Part shown: piece after piece, positions 19,942 through 28,770 of the stretch
Numbering within the stretch: position 1 is the first letter of the stretch
How the letters are laid out: every line of letters starts with the position of its first letter
Origin: Terracidiphilus sp.
GTDB taxonomy: Bacteria; Acidobacteriota; Terriglobia; Terriglobales; Acidobacteriaceae
DNA: 64,000 nucleotides
Reading direction: 5' to 3'
NCBI GenBank assembly: GCA_035541975.1
Contig: DATKMH010000040.1
Span: forward strand, 211,940-275,939
Made by a program: the position numbers and the translations under genes
Notes under the pieces: model-generated
What the model saw: only the letters and a program-made list of their open reading frames with translations
Database searches by the model: none
What the model was told of the DNA's origin: nothing

Positions 19942-20568
19942 TCAGGCCGAAAGCGCATAAAAGCTCAGCGCCGCGTCCCCTTGCTCGAGCAGTCGCGTCC
20001 GCCTCAGGGCGCCGTAGCGCTCTTCCAGAAGAAACTTGCGCCGGTGCTCGGCAACGACGGTCGCGCCCGGCGCCAGAATCGCCTGCGCTGCACCGCCGAG
20101 CAGGCTCAATGTGGCCGCATACTCAAGGGTTGCATCATACGGAGGATCGAGGAAGAGTACTTCGTACCGTCCTTGTTTTGGACTTTGTTCTTGCATAGGA
20201 TTCTTTTCTGGCTCTGGATTTTTTTCCTGGCTTTGACTGGCATAAGCCGCGGAACGCAGAAATGCGCTCACGCTTTTTCCTTCAACCCGCACGCCTTCAT
20301 TGATTCCTAGCCGCGCCAGATTTGCTTCGAGCACTCTCAGCGCTGCCGGCGCGCGCTCAACGAATGTAACCCGCCGGGCTCCACGGCTCAGCGCCTCAAA
20401 CCCCACGGCGCCTGAGCCGGCATAGAGATCGAGAAACACCGCGTCCGCGATGCGCGGCGCAAGCACATTGAAAAGCGTTTCGCGCAGGCGGTCGCTGGTG
20501 GGCCGGGTGCTCGTTCCCGGCGGTGCGGCCAGGGTGCGCGATCGAAGTGTTCCGGCGATGATGCGCAT
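19942..20568 (-). CDS. rsmD: 16S rRNA m2G966 methyltransferase
   Basis: 'MRIIAG', 'RPTSDRLRETLFN', 'LDLYAGSG', 'DPPY'. Confidence 0.95.
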   Translation of the reverse strand: MRIIAGTLRSRTLAAPPGTSTRPTSDRLRETLFNVLAPRIADAVFLDLYAGSGAVGFEALSRGARRVTFVERAPAALRVLEANLARLGINEGVRVEGKSVSAFLRSAAYASQSQEKNPEPEKNPMQEQSPKQGRYEVLFLDPPYDATLEYAATLSLLGGAAQAILAPGATVVAEHRRKFLLEERYGALRRTRLLEQGDAALSFYALSA

Positions 20569-20685
20569 CGACCACCAGCATATCGAAGCCGGCTCGCCAC
20601 CTTCCCGCGCCTTTGCTGCGGACCGCAAACACGCGCACCTGCACGAAAAAGCTGACGGCTGAGGGCTGATAGCCGAAAGCTGCCG

Positions 20686-21189
20686 TTACCTCGTCGGCAT
20701 GCCCGCGCCGTTGGTGCGGATGTAGGTTGTGGAGTCGCCGTTCGATGTGGCCACAAACTGGTTCGCGTTCAGGAACCGGATGCGGCTGGTGTTCGCCACG
20801 CCTAAGGGCGCAGGCACCGGAGCTGGTGTGCAATTGCCGCCGGCGCAAATCTGTTTCGGTGAGTAGTCGCGCCACGTGTAGCTCAACGTGCCTTGCGCCG
20901 CGTTGTACTGGTAAACGCCGGTGAGCATAAAGCTCATTCCCATGCGATTCTGCGTCGTCGATTGCACCTGGCCGTTGGCCGTGAAGCTCGTGGTGATCAT
21001 GATCCCCGACGGCATATTCCAGTTCACCGTCGCAGACCACGTGCCGACCAGCGCCGGCGACGATGGCGCTTGCTGCGGCTGAAAAGGCTGGACCTGCGCC
21101 CCCAAAGCCGCCGCGTTCGCATTCAGCGCGGCCAATCCTCCGGCGGCAACGGCCAGCGTGCTCAGCAGCAAAAGCAGTTTGCGTGTCAT
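20686..21189 (-). CDS. Exported hypothetical protein (beta-rich, lipocalin-like)
   Basis: SD GGAGG, signal peptide, 'LVGTW', Cys pair. Confidence 0.7.
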   Translation of the reverse strand: MTRKLLLLLSTLAVAAGGLAALNANAAALGAQVQPFQPQQAPSSPALVGTWSATVNWNMPSGIMITTSFTANGQVQSTTQNRMGMSFMLTGVYQYNAAQGTLSYTWRDYSPKQICAGGNCTPAPVPAPLGVANTSRIRFLNANQFVATSNGDSTTYIRTNGAGMPTR

Positions 21190-21320
21190 GTCGCCCTCCA
21201 AAAGGCCTGAATTCGAGTCTCCACTTTATCAGACGATTGACTCTCGCCGGATGACGCAGGCCGCCGCACTTGCACGAACTTGCTGACAGCCGCTCGCCGC
21301 CGTTCCTCTACAATCGTTTT

Positions 21321-22430
21321 ATGCGCGGCTGGTCCATTCCGCTGGGGCGTTGGTTGGGCGTGGAGATGCGCGTCCACATCTTTTTCCCCCTGCTGGTCCT
21401 GGTGCTATTCGCCATCAGCGGCGCAGACGGCTGGGGACGCGCCCTCGCGCTGTTTCTGGTTCTGATCGCGGCGGTTGCCGTGCGCGAAACCGCTCGCCTG
21501 CTGGCTGCAGCGTGGCTCGGCCTCAAGCTGCGCGCGGTGCTGCTATTGCCCATTGGCGGCCTGTTTGCCTATGCCACACCCGAAAGCCAGGAGACGGCGA
21601 ACAGCGGCAGTGGTCAATTTGTTCTGGCGCTCGCCGGGCCGCTTGCGAATCTCGGCGCGGCGCTCACGGCTGCGGGAATCATCCTGGGCGCAGGCGGCAA
21701 TGTGCCCTTGTTCGTTCATCCCTTCATCACCGGCGGACATTTACTCCGCAGCCTCGTCTGGATGCAGGCGTCGCTTGGCCTGCTGCACTTCTTCCCCGCG
21801 TATCCACTCGACTGCGGGCGCCTGCTCCGCAACAAGTTTGCGCAAAGCCACGGCTCCGGGCCCGCCGGTCGCGCTGTCTCTGGTGTCGGCCAGGTGCTGT
21901 CGCTGGCTGCGATCCTGGGCGGCATGCTCGCGCAGGAACCCTGGCTCATCCTCGCCGGCTTCTTCATCATGATCGGCGCGCAGATTGAAGATCAGGGCGT
22001 CTTCTTCCAGTCCGTCGTCGACACGGTGCGCATGCGCGAGGTAATGCTTACCGACTTCGCCACGCTCTCGCCTTCTGACACGTTGGCTGACGCGCTCTAT
22101 CGCTGCGTGCATTCGCTGCAGGAAGATTTTCCCGTGGTCCGCGGCCCGCAGCTTGTGGGCATCGTGTCGCGCCAGCGCATTCTTGAGGCGCTGCGCAGCG
22201 AAGGCAACGGCTACGTGCAGTCCGTCATGTCGCGCGCGTTTCAAGTGGCACGGCCAGAGGACACGCTCGGCACCACAATTCGTCGCCTCACCGCCGGCCA
22301 CGGCCTCGCGCTCATTCCCATCACCGAAAGCGGGAAAGTTGTCGGCATCGTCAGTGTGCAGAACCTGATGAGCTCCATGTCGCTCCTGGCCGAGCAGAGA
22401 CGGATCGAACGGCAGGAAGCGGAAGAGTAG
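21321..22430 (+). CDS. Site-2 protease (M50)-like membrane protein with tandem CBS domains, degenerate Zn motif
   Basis: 'LLPIGGL', 'ALAGPLAN', 'PAYPLDCGR', CBS pair; HExxH position reads RETAR. Confidence 0.85.
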   Translation: MRGWSIPLGRWLGVEMRVHIFFPLLVLVLFAISGADGWGRALALFLVLIAAVAVRETARLLAAAWLGLKLRAVLLLPIGGLFAYATPESQETANSGSGQFVLALAGPLANLGAALTAAGIILGAGGNVPLFVHPFITGGHLLRSLVWMQASLGLLHFFPAYPLDCGRLLRNKFAQSHGSGPAGRAVSGVGQVLSLAAILGGMLAQEPWLILAGFFIMIGAQIEDQGVFFQSVVDTVRMREVMLTDFATLSPSDTLADALYRCVHSLQEDFPVVRGPQLVGIVSRQRILEALRSEGNGYVQSVMSRAFQVARPEDTLGTTIRRLTAGHGLALIPITESGKVVGIVSVQNLMSSMSLLAEQRRIERQEAEE

Positions 22431-22435
22431 AACGA

Positions 22436-22574
22436 CAGTTCGCAGTTCTTAGTTCACAGTTCGCAGTTTCTCCGCGGCCACCATCAATCTGGCTCAGCGT
22501 CGCCAGAAATGCCGAAGAGAGGGCTGCTGAGACTCCCCTTGAATCCGCGACTGCGAACTACGAACACTGAACTA
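22436..22574. repeat. Inverted heptamer arrays (YAGTTCR)
   Basis: Five units at 22436-22470 and about four reverse units at 22548-22574. Confidence 0.8.
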
Positions 22575-22584
22575 TTGAGCAATC

Positions 22585-23496
22585 ATGTCCGCTGAAACCG
22601 CACCACTCACCCCCGGTCTCTACCTCGTCGCCACGCCCATCGGCAACCTGGGCGACATCACGCTGCGGGCCCTTGAAGTTCTCCGCTCCGTGGATCGGAT
22701 TGCCTGCGAAGACACGCGCCAGACGCAAAAACTCCTTAATCATTTCCAAATCGAGAAAAAAACCGTTAGTTGCCACGAGCACAACGAACATTCCCGAGCC
22801 AAAGAACTAATCCAAGAGTTGAAAGCCGGGACGGCGAAGGCGATCGCTCTTGTGTCGGACGCAGGCACACCCGGCGTCAGCGACCCCGGCGCGTGGCTTG
22901 TGCGCGAGGCCATCGCCGCCGGTGTTCCCGTCTATCCTATCCCCGGCGCCAACGCCGCTGTCAGCGCACTCATCGCCTCCGGCTTGCCCGCCGATGAATT
23001 CGAGTTTCTCGGATTTCTGCCCGAGAAGGCGGGAGCGCGGCGCACCAAACTCGAAAATCTCGCAGCGCAGCCGCGCGAGACCACACGCACGCTGATCTTT
23101 TATGAGGCGCCGCATCGTCTGCTCGATACCCTGTCGGACATCGAGAGCGTCTGGGGAGGACTGGTTCACGCAGTGGTCGCACGCGAGCTCACCAAGATTC
23201 ACGAAGAGTTTTTGCGCGGGACCGTTGCCGAAATTCGCAGCGAGCTGGCCGGCCGCGACCGCATTCGCGGCGAAATCACGCTGCTCGTTGAGCTTCCCGC
23301 GCGCGCTTCTTCTGCGGCCGCAGCATCGGACGCGTTCAACGCGCAGCAGACCATCGCCGCCCGCGTCGCCCGCATGATGGCAGAAGCGGGCATCGATGAA
23401 AAAGAAGCGCTCAAGCGACTGGCGCGCGAACTCGGCCGGTCAAAGAGTGAAATCTATCGAGAGCTGCAGCGCGAGCGCGCCCGCAAGCGCGGGTAA
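22585..23496 (+). CDS. rsmI: 16S rRNA C1402 2'-O-methyltransferase
   Basis: 'LYLVATPIGNLGDIT', 'CEDTR', 'VSDAGTPGVSDPG', 'RELTKIHEE'. Confidence 0.96.
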   Translation: MSAETAPLTPGLYLVATPIGNLGDITLRALEVLRSVDRIACEDTRQTQKLLNHFQIEKKTVSCHEHNEHSRAKELIQELKAGTAKAIALVSDAGTPGVSDPGAWLVREAIAAGVPVYPIPGANAAVSALIASGLPADEFEFLGFLPEKAGARRTKLENLAAQPRETTRTLIFYEAPHRLLDTLSDIESVWGGLVHAVVARELTKIHEEFLRGTVAEIRSELAGRDRIRGEITLLVELPARASSAAAASDAFNAQQTIAARVARMMAEAGIDEKEALKRLARELGRSKSEIYRELQRERARKRG

Positions 23497-23689
23497 AAGG
23501 CCTGTCGGTTCAGAAGACATTCTTGCTTCGCAGCGGCCATGAGCGATGAATCCGCACGGATAGCGGATCACGTCCCGTCACCTATCCGGAAAACAAGGAG
23601 CGAGATATACCGGCGGTTCACGGCTGGAAAATCCGCGAGCACAATGCCGCGCTTCAGGCTTGTTCCCGTGCAGCGTGGATCTTTATCTG

Positions 23690-23989
23690 CTACTTGCTAT
23701 CGCGTTTGGCAAATCGGACGATCACTCCCTGGCCACTCTTCTCGCACACGAGTTCGAAGTCCTTGGCGGCCAGAACGCTTTTTTCCTTAAACGCGGCGTG
23801 ACCGAAAGGCATCAGGAAAATCCCGTCCTCGCCAGCTGGAGCCACGTTGAAGATCGGTCCTGCATGAGTGGATATCTGCGCGCTGCCGAATTCGTGCTCC
23901 TCTTTTTTGCTCGTGCTGCCCAGCAGCCGAACTGGCGATAAGCCGTCTCGCGCTTCAAAAACCCTGAAACTCAGACTCTCCTTTTTCAT
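23690..23989 (-). CDS. Small hypothetical protein
   Basis: SD GGAGGT upstream; 99 aa; no recognised motif. Confidence 0.5.
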   Translation of the reverse strand: MKKESLSFRVFEARDGLSPVRLLGSTSKKEEHEFGSAQISTHAGPIFNVAPAGEDGIFLMPFGHAAFKEKSVLAAKDFELVCEKSGQGVIVRFAKRDSK

Positions 23990-24161
23990 CTCATCCACCT
24001 CCGCCTTCTTATTTGCATTTTTGGGAGACAGTGGCCGCACGGGTCACGCCAAAACTCTAACATGGTCCGAGCGCGCAGCCGGCGCGCCCCAAATGATTCG
24101 AGGCATAGGTGACTGACAACAAACCATTTGACAACAAAATCGGGGCGTACCCCCGCGCTGG

Positions 24162-26345
24162 CTAAAGCTTCGCCACTTCCACCAGCGTAGAATAGAACGT
24201 GGCCCCGCCGCCGATGTCGGTCAGGTTTTCGCTGGTGAGCGCGTTGATGTTCACGCTGTCCGGGTGCAGCTTGGCCCAATCCAGCCGGGCGGCCACCACG
24301 CCGGCAGGCAGACTCGGGTTCAGCATCGCCGTCAGCTCCAGCGAACCGCGAGCGTTGAAGACGCGCACGCGCTCGCCATCGATAATGCGACGGGCTTCGG
24401 CGTCGGCGGGGTGCATCTCGAGCCGCTGGCTGGTGCGCGCTTCCATCTTGCGGTGGCCCGGCAGGTTGGCGAAGGTCGAGTTCATGTAGTTGTCGTTCTT
24501 GCGCCCCAGCAGTTCCAGAGGATACTTTTTCGCCGCCTCGCCCCAGCGCGATTCGGTTGGCGGATTAAATCCCGGAAGACCATCCTGCCCCGCAGTGGCC
24601 AGCGTCTCAGAGAAGAATTCGATTTTGCCTGAAGGCGTGGCGCACGTCCCTGATGTGTAAGGGAGAAACGGCTGCTCGTCTGGATTGGAATGAAACGCGA
24701 GTGGAATGTGCCCGTCGCGTTCCAGATCCTCAAACGTCATGTGCTCCATGTTCGCGTTCGTCGAGTGGCCGTCAGGGCCGATCGCGAGCGCCTGCCGGAT
24801 GATGTCTTCCGGTGTGTCGCGGAAGCAGGCTTCGGTGAATCCCATGCGCTGTGCGAGCTGGCCGAAGAGCCACACGTTTGAGCGCGCTTCGCCGAGCGGA
24901 GCGATGGCTTGTTTTGAAAGCTGCACGAAGTAGTGGCCGTACGCCCCCTGCACGTCAGTGTGCTCAAGAAAAGTTGTCGCCGGCAGAATGTAGTCGGCGT
25001 AGTCAGTGGTGTCGGTAAAGAACTGCTCATGCACCACTGTGAAGAGATCGTCGCGCATCAGTCCGCGGCAAACGGCGTTATGGTTGGGCGCAACCGCACC
25101 AGGATTGGAGTTGTAGACGAACAGCGCGTGCACTGCGGGACCGTTTTGCTTCCCTGCTCCATCGTTCCCTTGCTCGCTGTCTTGTCCCAGCTCCATCAGC
25201 GCGCGTCCAAGTTCCGACATATTCACCACGCGGGCAAGGCGGCCGATGGGCGAAGCGAGCGCAAGGTCCGGACGCTCGACGGCTGTTTTGTTCCACTGAA
25301 ACGCGCCTGAGGTTGAAAGCTGGCCGCCGCCGCGATGTTTCCACGCGCCGGTAAGCGCGGGCAGCATGGCGATGGCGCGCACCGCCGCGCCGCCGTTCTG
25401 GCAGCGCTGCACGCCGTAGTTCAGGCGGATCATTGCCGGCCGCGTGGTGGCATACTTGCGCGCAAGCTGTTCGATATCTTCGGCGAGCATTCCCGTCCAC
25501 GCAGCGACGCGGTCTGGAGTGTATTCGCGCGCGCGTTCGGCCAGCTGCTCGAAGCCATGCGTCATTTCGCCGATATAGGCGCGATCTTCAAGGCCCTCGT
25601 TCAGGATGACGTTCATCATGCCAAGCGCGAGCGCAACGTCAGTGCCGGGACGGATGGCGATGTGCCAGTCGGCTACCGCTGCGGTGCGAGTGCGGTAGGG
25701 ATCGATGACGATGAGCTTCGCGCCATTGCGCCGAGCCTCTTCAACAAAAGGCCACAAATGAATGTTGTTGCCGTGAATGTTTGCGCCCCACGCAATGATG
25801 AGCTTCGCCAGGCGAACATCTTCGGTGGGCGTGCCGTACTTTTTGCCATAGACAAGATTCCACGCCTGCCCGCCGGCCTCAGAGCAAATGGTGCGGTCGA
25901 GCTGGCTCGCGCCGAGGCGATGAAAGAAGCGGCGATCCATCGAACCATAGCCGAGAACGCCGATGGTGCCCGCGTAACTGTAGGGCAGAATGGATTCGGG
26001 GCCGTAGCGATCGGCGATCTGTTTGAGCCGCGCGGCAATTGCATCCAGCGCTTCGTCCCAACTGATGCGCTCGAACGATTCGTGCTCGCGGCCGCGTGGT
26101 AGCGGGCCCTTGGGAGCGCCGGGCTTGCGGCGGAGCGGGTAGAGAACCCGATCGGGCGCGTAGACGCGATCGAGATATTTAGCGACTTTGCCGCAAAGAA
26201 ATCCGCGTGTAACCGGTTGCGACGGGTCGCCTTCGACTTTGACGGCGCGGTCCTCGTCGTTCACCGTTACCAGCACCGCGCACGAATCCGGACAGTCATG
26301 CGAGCAGACCGTGTGAACGACGCGGAACGGAGAAGGAGTGGCCAT
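24162..26345 (-). CDS. Molybdopterin oxidoreductase family protein
   Basis: 4Fe-4S motif 'CSHDCPDSC...LCGK', 'IRPGTDVALA', 'TTDYADYILPA', C-terminal MGD-binding domain. Confidence 0.92.
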   Translation of the reverse strand: MATPSPFRVVHTVCSHDCPDSCAVLVTVNDEDRAVKVEGDPSQPVTRGFLCGKVAKYLDRVYAPDRVLYPLRRKPGAPKGPLPRGREHESFERISWDEALDAIAARLKQIADRYGPESILPYSYAGTIGVLGYGSMDRRFFHRLGASQLDRTICSEAGGQAWNLVYGKKYGTPTEDVRLAKLIIAWGANIHGNNIHLWPFVEEARRNGAKLIVIDPYRTRTAAVADWHIAIRPGTDVALALGMMNVILNEGLEDRAYIGEMTHGFEQLAERAREYTPDRVAAWTGMLAEDIEQLARKYATTRPAMIRLNYGVQRCQNGGAAVRAIAMLPALTGAWKHRGGGQLSTSGAFQWNKTAVERPDLALASPIGRLARVVNMSELGRALMELGQDSEQGNDGAGKQNGPAVHALFVYNSNPGAVAPNHNAVCRGLMRDDLFTVVHEQFFTDTTDYADYILPATTFLEHTDVQGAYGHYFVQLSKQAIAPLGEARSNVWLFGQLAQRMGFTEACFRDTPEDIIRQALAIGPDGHSTNANMEHMTFEDLERDGHIPLAFHSNPDEQPFLPYTSGTCATPSGKIEFFSETLATAGQDGLPGFNPPTESRWGEAAKKYPLELLGRKNDNYMNSTFANLPGHRKMEARTSQRLEMHPADAEARRIIDGERVRVFNARGSLELTAMLNPSLPAGVVAARLDWAKLHPDSVNINALTSENLTDIGGGATFYSTLVEVAKL

Positions 26346-26407
26346 GCCGTCATTTTATGCTGAGTGCGACCTTAACCGGAGCGGCCTGAATGTAAACTGG
26401 TCACGCC

Positions 26408-26746
26408 ATGAGTTGTTTATTCTGCAAGATCGCGTCGGGTGAAATTCCGTCGACGGCCGTTTATCAGGACGATCTGGTTTATGCGTTCGCCGACATCAAC
26501 CCCAAGTCGCCGGTTCATGTGCTCGTGGTTCCTCGCGAGCACATTGCGTCACTTGCCGAGGCGGTAGACGAACATCGGCCGCTGCTCGGCCACCTGATGT
26601 GGGCAGCTGCCGAGATTGCGCGCCAAAAGGGATTGGCAAATGGCTACCGCGTGATCGTCAATTCCGGTGACGATGGGGGCCAGACGGTTGACCATCTCCA
26701 CCTGCATGTGATGGGTGGGCGCCAGATGATGTGGCCGCCAGGGTAA
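26408..26746 (+). CDS. hinT: HIT family nucleotide-binding protein
   Basis: 'CLFCKI', 'HLHLH', 'WPPG'. Confidence 0.93.
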   Translation: MSCLFCKIASGEIPSTAVYQDDLVYAFADINPKSPVHVLVVPREHIASLAEAVDEHRPLLGHLMWAAAEIARQKGLANGYRVIVNSGDDGGQTVDHLHLHVMGGRQMMWPPG

Positions 26747-26748
26747 AG

Positions 26749-26814
26749 CAGCCAATAGCAAATAGCCAATAGCCGGCAGGTCCTTGTTGGCTATTGGCTA
26801 CTCACTATTGGCTG
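26749..26814. repeat. Heptamer-built hairpin (AGCCAAT) between convergent genes, possible bidirectional terminator
   Basis: Arms 26749-26777 and 26786-26814 are near-complementary. Confidence 0.8.
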
Positions 26815-26817
26815 TAT

Positions 26818-27729
26818 TTAGAACGCCGGCTGCTGCGAAATTTCCTCTTCCTCTTCCACGCCATAGCGCCGGAGAAGAATCGGCAGGCTCTGCGAGAAGG
26901 CCGAGCGCGGCATCACGGAATCGCATCCCGCCTCGACCGCCTTCATCTTCAGGTCGCCCTGCAGGTGATTGAGGAAGCCGATGATCGAGACGGCCTTTTT
27001 GAACTTCGACTTGAACTTCGGGATCAACGTCATGGGCTTGGCGTTGAGATTGTTCAGGTCAAAGACCACCAGCGCCGGCTTTTCATTTTCGCCAGCTTCA
27101 AGAATGCGCGTGATGGCGTCTTTGTTTTCGCCCTTGATGAATTCCACTTTCACGCCGAGCTTGCGCGCGGTTTCCTGAATCTTGGCCAGGAAAAAGAGAT
27201 CCTCGATGAAGCAGAAGATACGGGTGGGCGCATCTTCGCGGACGGGTGCGGGCGGTTGCGCAGAATAAACGTCGGGATAGTAACCGCTGCTATGGCCGTT
27301 GCCCGCGGTGGGAATCGTAGATGGCGGTCCATCGGCGACATTTCCGTTCACGGCGCGGTAGCTGTGGTCCATGGGGCCAACAAACGCGCGCGGGCCCTTC
27401 TGGCGACCTCTGCGCTTGCCTTGCTGCGAACCGTTGATACTGTTGCCGGGCTGCGCCGGAGGACCCGAGTTTTTCTGGAAGAATTTCTTCTTCTTGCGGC
27501 CCTGGTGATGATGCTGGGGCTTATGCTGGCCGGGGTGGGATTGATGCGGCGACTGCGGTTGCTGCGCGTCCTGCATCTGTGCCTGGGGCTGCTGCCCCTG
27601 CATCCCAGCCTGCTGACTGGACTTGTTCTTGCGGCGGCGGCGACGGCGCCGATGCCCATGCGACTGCACCTGACCGTTGTCAGGAGCTGGCCCCTGTTCA
27701 GGCTGGGGCTGCGTCGGTTCTGTTGTCAT
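26818..27729 (-). CDS. Disordered Q/R/K-rich protein with C-terminal atypical receiver domain
   Basis: R7 run, Q/H-rich tract; receiver-like 'IEDLFF', 'VVFDL', 'EAGCD.VMPR'. Confidence 0.8.
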   Translation of the reverse strand: MTTEPTQPQPEQGPAPDNGQVQSHGHRRRRRRRKNKSSQQAGMQGQQPQAQMQDAQQPQSPHQSHPGQHKPQHHHQGRKKKKFFQKNSGPPAQPGNSINGSQQGKRRGRQKGPRAFVGPMDHSYRAVNGNVADGPPSTIPTAGNGHSSGYYPDVYSAQPPAPVREDAPTRIFCFIEDLFFLAKIQETARKLGVKVEFIKGENKDAITRILEAGENEKPALVVFDLNNLNAKPMTLIPKFKSKFKKAVSIIGFLNHLQGDLKMKAVEAGCDSVMPRSAFSQSLPILLRRYGVEEEEEISQQPAF

Positions 27730-28252
27730 AATGCGTATGCTTCCTGATGCTTGCTTTCGCTGTATTGAGTTGCGTTTTACTCTTGGTTGAGCCGCTGAAT
27801 AGCCATCCGCCGATGCTCTCCGAATTGTGCCGGGAGGCGGTGCAGATCGATCCTACTCGCTGCTCGATTCTTGAACTGGCGCAGACCGTTCCTTGCTCGC
27901 GAGGTCTTTACGTTGACGAGGAACAAAAACCTCGACTGCGGGAAGACCGAAATGCTGAGCGAGACTTGTAAAACCGGGTCCGCGCGTCAGCCACTTTGCC
28001 TCAAAAAAACTTGAGCCCCTTTGAGAATGCGATTGCTGCTTGCAATGCGGGAGCCGCCAATCAACTCCATCCGATCGCCGAATCGTTCCTGGCGCAGCTT
28101 TTGCTTTTCTCGGAGAATGCCCTTTCCTATGAGAGCCTTCATCGCACGCAGTCGATCGCAATCGGAACTGGACGATGATGTGCTGGCTCTGCGGCGAGCG
28201 TGCTCTCCCCATACCCGGGTGGCCTGCGTCAGCCGCTTGATAGGCAACTCCG

Positions 28253-28281
28253 ATAGTACAGGGAAGGATAACCGGTGGCAA
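28253..28281 (-). promoter_or_regulatory. Sigma70-type promoter
   Basis: TTGCCA-N17-TACTAT on minus strand. Confidence 0.65.
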
Positions 28282-28382
28282 GGGGGAGCCGGAGGAGGAA
28301 CCGCCTTAAGTAATACGATGCGAAACTTTCGGTCCGGCGTTGGCGTGACGCAACAGGCGATGGGAAACAAGCCCTGAAGCAC

Positions 28383-28411
28383 GAAACGCCGCCCCTTTTG
28401 GGCGGCGTTTC
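28383..28411. terminator. GC-rich hairpin terminator downstream of 6S-like RNA
   Basis: GAAACGCCGCCC-cTTTT-GGGCGGCGTTTC. Confidence 0.8.
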
Positions 28412-28422
28412 AAGAAAGGGTT

Positions 28423-28616
28423 GGGGGCCCTGCGCTGGTCACTGGCCTCCCAGCGGTTTTGGGGAGCAGGCTGATCGCTCCGCTCCGAGTTGCGGGCTCC
28501 CCGGCTGGCTTATCCCCTCATCAGGGCCGCTCATTGGCGGTTGCTCTGCCGGGTACCCGGTGCTGATTTGGCTCGCTCGGCCGTTTCCGGCAGGCTGCCA
28601 TACATCACTGGCACCC
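28423..28616 (-). ncRNA. ssrS: Probable 6S RNA
   Basis: About 194 nt; hand-folds to an irregular rod with central bubble (GGGUGCC/GGGCCCCC, UAUGGC/GCCAGUG, GAGC/GCUC, CCCGGC/GCCGGG); followed by terminator. Confidence 0.7.
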
Positions 28617-28770
28617 ATGAGGTAGCAATCGATGTACCGTTCACAGTGATGTTTATTTGCAATGACTTAGCGGACGCGGCATTGCGATTTTGTTTGGATT
28701 CTGGAAGCAAAAAGGCGAAGATTCTTCAAAAAAGCATAGAAGGCTGCGGGCGCGGTCTGCTCGAGCGGAA

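Noticed and set aside
27747-28382. Protein-coding ORFs between the receiver gene and 6S RNA
   Set aside because: Several mutually overlapping short frames, no motifs, atypical composition
28423-28616. tmRNA, SRP RNA or RNase P RNA identity
   Set aside because: No T-arm/CCA end, no SRP GGAA-loop motif, no P4 signature; size and fold fit 6S better
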